Shown here piece by piece: positions 50,701 to 64,000 of a stretch of DNA of 64,000 nt (position 1 is the first letter of the stretch; each line of letters begins with the position of its first letter). Under the pieces are notes generated by a model. The model ran no database searches. It was not told the DNA's origin and saw nothing but the letters and a program-made list of their open reading frames with translations. The position numbers were made by a program, and so were the translations under genes. Source of the DNA: Eledone cirrhosa (taxonomy: Eukaryota); NCBI GenBank assembly GCA_964016885.1, contig CAXHJY010000996.1:92873-156872 (forward strand), read 5' to 3'.

Positions 50701-51856
50701 ATACACAAGTATCAAAGTTATGTTTAAAACATTTAATTGCTGACAATTGTTTCTTCCAAACTTAGGACTGGAGTCCTCGGAGCATTATCAATGTTTGTAC
50801 ATATAATTCACCTCCTATTCAACTGAAGAATCATACAGATACATATATATTTTACTGCTCTGTAAAACCACTGATGTTCTTACATTGAGCTATTTCTCTT
50901 ACTGGTAATAAGGTAGTAATAAATTACTGGCCTTCCCTGTTTATAGTTGTTTATAGTATAGTATATACATACATAACTATAAATAGTATCTTTAATATTA
51001 TATATGTATATATATATTCGGCTGTAACCGGCGTCCTGATGTTTTTCCATCTTAAAAAAAGAATGTTATGTTCTTTCCCATTTGTTGGAATGAGTATCGG
51101 TGTGAGTGAGATAATCCCCCTCTCTCTCTCTCTGCTTTCCTGTCCGTCTTTCTGTCTGTCTATCTGTCAGTCTGATTTCTGTGTCTATCTGCACTCACTT
51201 CTCTTAGAGGATTATGGGATAAGAGAGAACAAGAGAGAGAGAGAGATAGAGACGGAGGGGGGGGGGGTAGATAGACAGACAGACGGAGCGAGAGAGAGAG
51301 AGAAAGAGAAAGGGGGGATAGACAGACAGGGAGCGTGAGAGAGCTAGACACAGAAACAGTGCGAGAGAGAAAGATAGATAGCAAGAGAGAGAGATAGGTC
51401 TATATTTATATATCTAGAGTCAGACAGACATGGCCAAGTGGTTTAGAAAGAAGTTTCCTTAAATTTCTATGCGACTGCGTGGTGATAAGTTAGACAAATG
51501 TTGCTGTAAATTCAGTAGGTTAGCTCTGTCAGTCACTGTTATGCTAATTATGTTTGAGGATTACGTTAACGATACACATGAGTATAGCGAATATTTACAC
51601 TATTATTCAATATGTAGACATATTAGTTGACCGACATGTAACTATTTAGGCCTCCCACATGAATAAACTTCTACTGGAATTTTAAATTACTTCACCTGCT
51701 AGAAATAGCAGTAAAAACCTCCTTCAAATAACACATATACATATACGATTGTCTAAAGGAAAGACAAACTGGAAAACGTATTTGTAGCTGAATCAATATA
51801 AAAATACAAGATGGCCACGATAGGTCTTGTGTATCTTTGATCATAGGTATGTTTAA

Positions 51857-52066
51857 CCCTTTAGCATTTAAACTGGCCATATCCGGCCAGAATTCTCTCA
51901 CCTCTTTCTGTTCGAACCGGCTGTAACTGGCTGCTCATACTGATGGTAATGTATTTTTCTCAAAATAAATAATAGCAAAGTCTCATAGATTCGATATTAT
52001 GTGAAATAAAGTGTTTACTGTAAAAAAAAACAATACTATATTTAGAGTAATGTAAATGCTAAAGGG
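51857..52066. mobile_element. piggyBac-type MITE
   Basis: TTAA on both sides (51853-51856, 52067-52070); 14-bp TIR ccctttagcattta / taaatgctaaaggg. Confidence 0.85.
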
Positions 52067-52135
52067 TTAAAAGGGTCCCCTACGTGATCGCCGAACCTGC
52101 TAGAAATAGATACCCACACTCCCCCTACACACACA

Positions 52136-52239
52136 TACGTGGTGTTCAAAAAAATGTATACAGACTTGAACAGTATTCTGATATATATTGCCTGTACAAG
52201 TAATCAAAGTGTGTATACACTTTTTGGGGACACCCTATA
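52136..52239. mobile_element. About 100-bp Tc1/mariner-like MITE
   Basis: ggtgttcaaaaaaatgtatacagactt / aagtgtgtatacactttttggggacacc; related to 16855-16954. Confidence 0.65.
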
Positions 52240-52358
52240 TATAATACGAGGGTTCGGCTGAAAGGTTCTTAGGCTGATTTGATAGAGTGATGCTAGAGCT
52301 GTGAAATCATGCATGCATTTATTTCAACTCTTCTCATTAATAACTACATTGTTTCTTT

Positions 52359-52397
<39 letters not shown>

Positions 52398-52417
52398 TAC
52401 ACACACACACATATATA

Positions 52418-52479
<62 letters not shown>

Positions 52480-53352
52480 TCTTTAAGTCGTTTGGAAGCC
52501 TCGACAATACAAATGGGTAAATCTCCGGGTAACAAGATCCGGTGGTGGAGAGAGAGATGTAAGTGGGTGTACGTTGAGATGCGTGGTGTGTAAAGATGTG
52601 TAAATGTGTAGAAGAAAGAAGGGAAGAGTATAAAGGATAAAATAAAAATAACAACACAAGAGAGAGTTACCTTGGGAGAGATTTAATAGTCCCTATATAT
52701 TTCGGATTCAAATCCATCAACTGGGGGTTTTTTCCGGGGTAAAGGTTGTCTGTCGGAGAGGTGCGAAACGCGTCCTCCGCTGTTTGTTGTTTTGAATATC
52801 TGAGGTATTCGGCAGAACGCGCGTGCGTGTGAAATGGGGTCGGTCGGGCAGAGGTCAGCGGCCGAATGAGGGAGTGGGGTGGCGCTAGCTGTCAGTCCAT
52901 TCTCTGCCTGTTTGTTAAATGTTACTGTGTGTGTGTGTGCGTGTGTTGTTGTCTCGCTTGTGTGTGTGTGCGTGTGTAGTTGCCTTGTTCCTCTGTATTG
53001 GCAGTGTAGTATGTTCGTATGGTGGAATGCTACTGTGTGTGTGTAGTTGTCTCGTTTGTGTGTGCGTGTGTTGTGTGTTGCTACATCGTTTGTTAACTTA
53101 AACCAGCCATCTCATTTCGCTTCTTTCTAATCGGTTGTTTATTTGCGGTTGCAGGCGTTTGATAAAAAGTGCTTCCTTGATACGTAACGTGCCGACGTTT
53201 CTTTCAGTCGCTATAATTGTGACAATGGGCCTTCCGTCTTTGTTTCCGCTTTGTCTATGTGTTTCCGGAAAGACGAGGCCCTGGTTTTAGTGTGTTCCTT
53301 GATCCGGATGTGCAAAGGTCGGATTGTGTTACCTATGTAGTATTGGTTGCAT
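52480..53352 (-). mobile_element. PLE 3' end: GIY-YIG fragment (53098-53352) plus 3' UTR
   Basis: CNQYYIGNTIRPLHIRIKEH..SSFRKH, frameshift, then LRIKEALFIKRLQPQINNRLE; HHR-like motif at 52691-52726. Confidence 0.85.
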
Positions 53353-54203
53353 ATATATACGGGTAATATATACTTACCTATGCAAATATATGTTTTGTGA
53401 AGGTACATATACCTTCTCGTACGTATATTCGATTGTTATGGCGTATAATTTTTTTATATATTCTGGTACATATGGTTCGGCTATGTGTATACGGGAGTTT
53501 TGCGTCTGTGTGAGTATGCAGGTTCGTACGTATGTAGGGCGTGTGTATATGTGTACTTCATGTTTTGGTTGACTTACGTCTCCGAACATTTGTGTATTTA
53601 CATGTAGGTATGTGTGTGCGCTTGTTATATACGTATTTATTTACTTATATACGTTTATATAATTATTTATTTATTTGTACACAAGCACACACACACACAT
53701 ATTTATATGTGCGTGGTTTTGTATACCTATGGTAAGGTTATGCGTATGCTTGTGTATGTACGTATTTGTTTACGTGTTTGTATTTATTTATTTCTATTAC
53801 TTCTGTATTGTATTTATTTACTTTGTTCTTAACTCTGTAGCGGAAATTCATTGGGTCTCCTAGTTAGAATTTAGTCTACGACTTCTGCTATACCATTTAC
53901 GTGGTTTTGTCTTTGCGTGCTATTGTTCTCCACGCTCCACATATGACGTAGTTTCTTCGTTTTTTCGTTCATTGCCAGAGAACGTCTCTATGCACCACCT
54001 AAGAGAACATTAGTCTACGACCTCTTTTATACCATAAACGTGGTTCTGTCTTTGCGCGTAATTGCTTAATGACGTATTATATTCGTTTTTTCCCGCTCTT
54101 TGCCAGGGAACGTTTCCACGAACCAAAGTATCGTCTTCCTGTCTTCCTCCGGTTGCAACGTTTTTTGAAATATCCAGTTCTGCGTTTACAGATTGACTTT
54201 GTT

Positions 54204-54254
54204 AGTTTCAGAAGATCCCGTTAAGGGTGAAAGCAGCGGTTCTTTGCTTAAACT
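54204..54254 (+). ncRNA. Hammerhead-like motif with a U4-to-A change, at the 3' end of UTR-like region 53353-54275
   Basis: agttt CaGAAGA t ccc gttaa ggg t GAAA gcag cggttct ttgc TT aaact. Confidence 0.6.
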
Positions 54255-54296
54255 TTAATCTGTTATTTTAATTAATATATATATATATATATATAT

Positions 54297-54356
54297 TGTG
54301 TTTATGTTCATTTATCTATTTGTTTATTTACATGACCCTCCCAAAGTATAACAATA
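54297..54356. mobile_element. 60-bp rearranged relic of the Naiad-like 3' UTR
   Basis: 54297-54334 matches 12492-12529; 54330-54356 is the reverse complement of 12186-12211. Confidence 0.75.
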
Positions 54357-54411
54357 TCGGTTTCAACACACGATTTCAGATAAAGAATCTTGCTAAACAA
54401 ATTCAGAAACG

Positions 54412-57404
<2,993 letters not shown>

Positions 57405-57523
57405 TGTGTCTAAAAACGTCCATAAGTATGTATATATATGTGAAAATGTATATAAATAAGTAAATATATATATATGTTTGATGTGTATAGTTAGATGTAA
57501 GTGTATTCATGTATTAAAGTGCT

Positions 57524-57572
<49 letters not shown>

Positions 57573-58005
57573 AATATAGACATAGAATATTCGAAAATAT
57601 TCTGTATGTTTATAATAAACATTTTGAAGACCTAATCGCTATAGAATAGAATACGTCACGTATTACAATTAGATTCTCGATAAAAGCAAGGGAAGTAATC
57701 TACGCGTTTCATTCTTATTAGAAAATCTTCAGGACCACATATCCAGTGCTTTTATCGAGAATGACACAGCTAGAGACTTATAGAATACTTAGCTGTGTAC
57801 ATGAACTGGTTTGAAAGAGCGGTTGCCGGTCCGGCAGAAATTAGAAATTGGAATAAATGCTCTGAAATAGCGATATATATGTGAATATAGACATAGAATA
57901 TTCGAAAATATTCTGTATGTTTATAATAAACATTTTGAAGACCTAATCGCTATAGAATAGAATACGTCACGTATTACAATTAGATTCTCGATAAAAGCAA
58001 GGGAA

Positions 58006-58048
58006 GTAATCTACGCGTTTCATTCTTATTAGAAATCTTCAGGACCAC
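58006..58048 (-). ncRNA. Type I hammerhead, representative of 19 minus-strand copies
   Basis: Minus strand: gtggtc CUGAAGA t ttct aata agaa t GAAA cgcg UA gattac, closed by a 16-bp helix attctcgataaaagca / tgcttttatcgagaat. Confidence 0.85.
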
Positions 58049-61000
58049 ATATCCAGTGCTTTTATCGAGAATGACACAGCTAGAGACTTATAGAATACTT
58101 AGCTGTGTACATGAACTGGTTTGAAAGAGCGGTTGCCGGTCCGGCAGAAATTAGAAATTGGAATAAATGCTCTGAAATAGCGATATATATGTGAATATAG
58201 ACATAGAATATTCGAAAATATTCTGTATGTTTATAATAAACATTTTGAAGACCTAATCGCTATAGAATAGAATACGTCACGTATTACAATTAGATTCTCG
58301 ATAAAAGCAAGGGAAGTAATCTACGCGTTTCATTCTTATTAGAAATCTTCAGGACCACATATCCAGTGCTTTTATCGAGAATGACACAGCTAGAGACTTA
58401 TAGAATACTTAGCTGTGTACATGAACTGGTTTGAAAGAGCGGTTGCCGGTCCGGCAGAAATTAGAAATTGGAATAAATGCTCTGAAATAGCGATATATAT
58501 GTGAATATAGACATAGAATATTCGAAAATATTCTGTATGTTTATAATAAACATTTTGAAGACCTAATCGCTATAGAATAGAATACGTCACGTATTACAAT
58601 TAGATTCTCGATAAAAGCAAGGGAAGTAATCTACGCGTTTCATTCTTATTAGAAATCTTCAGGACCACATATCCAGTGCTTTTATCGAGAATGACACAGC
58701 TAGAGACTTATAGAATACTTAGCTGTGTACATGAACTGGTTTGAAAGAGCGGTTGCCGGTCCGGCAGAAATTAGAAATTGGAATAAATGCTCTGAAATAG
58801 CGATATATATGTGAATATAGACATAGAATATTCGAAAATATTCTGTATGTTTATAATAAACATTTTGAAGACCTAATCGCTATAGAATAGAATACGTCAC
58901 GTATTACAATTAGATTCTCGATAAAAGCAAGGGAAGTAATCTACGCGTTTCATTCTTATTAGAAATCTTCAGGACCACATATCCAGTGCTTTTATCGAGA
59001 ATGACACAGCTAGAGACTTATAGAATACTTAGCTGTGTACATGAACTGGTTTGAAAGAGCGGTTGCCGGTCCGGCAGAAATTAGAAATTGGAATAAATGC
59101 TCTGAAATAGCGATATATATGTGAATATAGACATAGAATATTCGAAAATATTCTGTATGTTTATAATAAACATTTTGAAGACCTAATCGCTATAGAATAG
59201 AATACGTCACGTATTACAATTAGATTCTCGATAAAAGCAAGGGAAGTAATCTACGCGTTTCATTCTTATTAGAAATCTTCAGGACCACATATCCAGTGCT
59301 TTTATCGAGAATGACACAGCTAGAGACTTATAGAATACTTAGCTGTGTACATGAACTGGTTTGAAAGAGCGGTTGCCGGTCCGGCAGAAATTAGAAATTG
59401 GAATAAATGCTCTGAAATAGCGATATATATGTGAATATAGACATAGAATATTCGAAAATATTCTGTATGTTTATAATAAACATTTTGAAGACCTAATCGC
59501 TATAGAATAGAATACGTCACGTATTACAATTAGATTCTCGATAAAAGCAAGGGAAGTAATCTACGCGTTTCATTCTTAATAGAAATCTTCAGGACCACAT
59601 ATCCAGTGCTTTTATCGAGAATGACACAGCTAGAGACTTATAGAATACTTAGCTGTGTACATGAACTGGTTTGAAAGAGCGGTTGCCGGTCCGGCAGAAA
59701 TTAGAAATTGGAATAAATGCTCTGAAATAGCGATATATATGTGAATATAGACATAGAATATTCGAAAATATTCTGTATGTTTATAATAAACATTTTGAAG
59801 ACCTAATCGCTATAGAATAGAATACGTCACGTATTACAATTAGATTCTCGATAAAAGCAAGGGAAGTAATCTACGCGTTTCATTCTTATTAGAAATCTTC
59901 AGGACCACATATCCAGTGCTTTTATCGAGAATGACACAGCTAGAGACTTATAGAATACTTAGCTGTGTACATGAACTGGTTTTGAAAGAGCGGTTGCCGG
60001 TCCGGCAGAAATTAGAAATTGGAATAAATGCTCTGAAATAGCGATATATATGTGAATATAGACATAGAATATTCGAAAATATTCTGTATGTTTATAATAA
60101 ACATTTTGAAGACCTAATCGCTATAGAATAGAATACGTCACGTATTACAATTAGATTCTCGATAAAAGCAAGGGAAGTAATCTACGCGTTTCATTCTTAT
60201 TAGAAATCTTCAGGACCACATATCCAGTGCTTTTATCGAGAATGACACAGCTAGAGACTTATAGAATACTTAGCTGTGTACATGAACTGGTTTGAAAGAG
60301 CGGTTGCCGGTCCGGCAGAAATTAGAAATTGGAATAAATGCTCTGAAATAGCGATATATATGTGAATATAGACATAGAATATTCGAAAATATTCTGTATG
60401 TTTATAATAAACATTTTGAAGACCTAATCGCTATAGAATAGAATACGTCACGTATTACAATTAGATTCTCGATAAAAGCAAGGGAAGTAATCTACGCGTT
60501 TCATTCTTATTAGAAATCTTCAGGACCACATATCCAGTGCTTTTATCGAGAATGACACAGCTAGAGACTTATAGAATACTTAGCTGTGTACATGAACTGG
60601 TTTGAAAGAGCGGTTGCCGGTCCGGCAGAAATTAGAAATTGGAATAAATGCTCTGAAATAGCGATATATATGTGAATATAGACATAGAATATTCGAAAAT
60701 ATTCTGTATGTTTATAATAAACATTTTGAAGACCTAATCGCTATAGAATAGAATACGTCACGTATTACAATTAGATTCTCGATAAAAGCAAGGGAAGTAA
60801 TCTACGCGTTTCATTCTTATTAGAAATCTTCAGGACCACATATCCAGTGCTTTTATCGAGAATGACACAGCTAGAGACTTATAGAATACTTAGCTGTGTA
60901 CATGAACTGGTTTGAAAGAGCGGTTGCCGGTCCGGCAGAAATTAGAAATTGGAATAAATGCTCTGAAATAGCGATATATATGTGAATATAGACATAGAAT

Positions 61001-63395
61001 ATTCGAAAATATTCTGTATGTTTATAATAAACATTTTGAAGACCTAATCGCTATAGAATAGAATACGTCACGTATTACAATTAGATTCTCGATAAAAGCA
61101 AGGGAAGTAATCTACGCGTTTCATTCTTATTAGAAATCTTCAGGACCACATATCCAGTGCTTTTATCGAGAATGACACAGCTAGAGACTTATAGAATACT
61201 TAGCTGTGTACATGAACTGGTTTGAAAGAGCGGTTGCCGGTCCGGCAGAAATTAGAAATTGGAATAAATGCTCTGAAATAGCGATATATATGTGAATATA
61301 GACATAGAATATTCGAAAATATTCTGTATGTTTATAATAAACATTTTGAAGACCTAATCGCTATAGAATAGAATACGTCACGTATTACAATTAGATTCTC
61401 GATAAAAGCAAGGGAAGTAATCTACGCGTTTCATTCTTATTAGAAATCTTCAGGACCACATATCCAGTGCTTTTATCGAGAATGACACAGCTAGAGACTT
61501 ATAGAATACTTAGCTGTGTACATGAACTGGTTTGAAAGAGCGGTTGCCGGTCCGGCAGAAATTAGAAATTGGAATAAATGCTCTGAAATAGCGATATATA
61601 TGTGAATATAGACATAGAATATTCGAAAATATTCTGTATGTTTATAATAAACATTTTGAAGACCTAATCGCTATAGAATAGAATACGTCACGTATTACAA
61701 TTAGATTCTCGATAAAAGCAAGGGAAGTAATCTACGCGTTTCATTCTTAATAGAAATCTTCAGGACCACATATCCAGTGCTTTTATCGAGAATGACACAG
61801 CTAGAGACTTATAGAATACTTAGCTGTGTACATGAACTGGTTTGAAAGAGCGGTTGCCGGTCCGGCAGAAATTAGAAATTGGAATAAATGCTCTGAAATA
61901 GCGATATATATGTGAATATAGACATAGAATATTCGAAAATATTCTGTATGTTTATAATAAACATTTTGAAGACCTAATCGCTATAGAATAGAATACGTCA
62001 CGTATTACAATTAGATTCTCGATAAAAGCAAGGGAAGTAATCTACGCGTTTCATTCTTATTAGAAATCTTCAGGACCACATATCCAGTGCTTTTATCGAG
62101 AATGACACAGCTAGAGACTTATAGAATACTTAGCTGTGTACATGAACCTGGTTTGAAAGAGCGGTTGCCGGTCCGGCAGAAATTAGAAATTGGAATAAAT
62201 GCTCTGAAATAGCGATATATATGTGAATATAGACATAGAATATTCGAAAATATTCTGTATGTTTATAATAAACATTTTGAAGACCTAATCGCTATAGAAT
62301 AGAATACGTCACGTATTACAATTAGATTCTCGATAAAAGCAAGGGAAGTAATCTACGCGTTTCATTCTTATTAGAAATCTTCAGGACCACATATCCAGTG
62401 CTTTTATCGAGAATGACACAGCTAGAGACTTATAGAATACTTAGCTGTGTACATGAACTGGTTTGAAAGAGCGGTTGCCGGTCCGGCAGAAATTAGAAAT
62501 TGGAATAAATGCTCTGAAATAGCGATATATATGTGAATATAGACATAGAATATTCGAAAATATTCTGTATGTTTATAATAAACATTTTGAAGACCTAATC
62601 GCTATAGAATAGAATACGTCACGTATTACAATTAGATTCTCGATAAAAGCAAGGGAAGTAATCTACGCGTTTCATTCTTATTAGAAATCTTCAGGACCAC
62701 ATATCCAGTGCTTTTATCGAGAATGACACAGCTAGAGACTTATAGAATACTTAGCTGTGTACATGAACTGGTTTGAAAGAGCGGTTGCCGGTCCGGCAGA
62801 AATTAGAAATTGGAATAAATGCTCTGAAATAGCGATATATATGTGAATATAGACATAGAATATTCGAAAATATTCTGTATGTTTATAATAAACATTTTGA
62901 AGACCTAATCGCTATAGAATAGAATACGTCACGTATTACAATTAGATTCTCGATAAAAGCAAGGGAAGTAATCTACGCGTTTCATTCTTATTAGAAATCT
63001 TCAGGACCACATATCCAGTGCTTTTATCGAGAATGACACAGCTAGAGACTTATAGAATACTTAGCTGTGTACATGAACTGGTTTGAAAGAGCGGTTGCCG
63101 GTCCGGCAGAAATTAGAAATTGGAATAAATGCTCTGAAATAGCGATATATATGTGAATATAGACATAGAATATTCGAAAATATTCTGTATGTTTATAATA
63201 AACATTTTGAAGACCTAATCGCTATAGAATAGAATACGTCACGTATTACAATTAGATTCTCGATAAAAGCAAGGGAAGTAATCTACGCGTTTCATTCTTA
63301 TTAGAAATCTTCAGGACCACATATCCAGTGCTTTTATCGAGAATGACACAGCTAGAGACTTATAGAATACTTAGCTGTGTACATGAACTGGATAT

Positions 63396-63438
63396 GTGGT
63401 CCTGAAGATTTCTAATAAGAATGAAACGCGTAGATTAC
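63396..63438 (+). ncRNA. Type I hammerhead in the inverted arm
   Basis: gtggtc CTGAAGA tttctaataagaat GAAA cgcg TA gattac. Confidence 0.85.
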
Positions 63439-63705
63439 TTCCCTTGCTTTTATCGAGAATCTAATTGTAATACGTGACGTATTCTATTCTATAGCGATTA
63501 GGTCTTCAAAATGTTTATTATAAACATACAGAATATTTTCGAATATTCTATGTCTATATTCACATATATATCGCTATTTCAGAGCATTTATTCCAATTTC
63601 TAATTTCTGCCGGACCGGCAACCGCTCTTTCAAACCAGTTCATGTACACAGCTAAGTATTCTATAAGTCTCTAGCTGTGTCATTCTCGATAAAAGCACTG
63701 GATAT

Positions 63706-63748
63706 GTGGTCCTGAAGATTTCTAATAAGAATGAAACGCGTAGATTAC
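63706..63748 (+). ncRNA. Type I hammerhead in the inverted arm, second copy
   Basis: Same motif, offset by 310. Confidence 0.85.
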
Positions 63749-64000
63749 TTCCCTTGCTTTTATCGAGAATCTAATTGTAATACGTGACGTATTCTATTCT
63801 ATAGCGATTAGGTCTTCAAAATGTTTATTATAAACATACAGAATATTTTCGAATATTCTATGTCTATATTCACATATATATCGCTATTTCAGAGCATTTA
63901 TTCCAATTTCTAATTTCTGCCGGACCGGCAACCGCTCTTTCAAACCAGTTCATGTACACAGCTAAGTATTCTATAAGTCTCTAGCTGTGTCATTCTCGAT

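Larger units (their letters stand above)
57572..64000. mobile_element. 310-bp hammerhead-bearing tandem array (retrozyme-like): 18.8 copies, then inverted copies to the window end
   Basis: 19 unit starts from 57572 to 63155; near-perfect identity; flip at ACTGG 63387-63391; no ORF; one HHR per unit. Confidence 0.92.

Noticed and set aside
52753-52780. cggag aggtgc GAAA cgcg TC ctccg as a hammerhead
   Set aside because: It has the 3' half and a closing stem but no CUGANGA core, and it lies antisense to the element.
57572-64000. 5S rDNA, snRNA or telomeric array
   Set aside because: No 5S, snRNA or TTAGGG motifs; the unit is better explained by the hammerhead motif.

Overview
A repeat-saturated animal genomic window with no intact host gene. 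It is probably a cephalopod such as Octopus; this is inferred from repeat style and a LINE 3' tail, not from a search. About a third is (TA)n and other microsatellite, and nearly all listed long ORFs (poly-YI, poly-V, poly-HT/CV) are microsatellite artefacts. Real coding remnants are Penelope-like elements (PLEs: RT plus GIY-YIG, two of them Naiad-like) and 3' fragments of CR1-, Tx1- and CRE-type LINEs. There are also a non-autonomous Helitron, MITEs, a SINE and a 5.6-kb 23-bp minisatellite. The main hidden signal is about 40 type-I hammerhead ribozyme (HHR) motifs from more than a dozen unrelated small non-coding families, mostly inserted in (TA)n. They include a near-perfect 310-bp tandem array with 21 HHRs, a 591-bp array with 4 HHRs, and a 317-bp monomer with a 43-bp terminal redundancy. 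Many HHRs have a palindromic, dimer-type stem III, several carry the compensatory U3-A8 core, and most inserts end in a fold-back inversion. This looks like a PLE-driven, (TA)n-targeted retrozyme system. All structures were read by eye and none has been tested.
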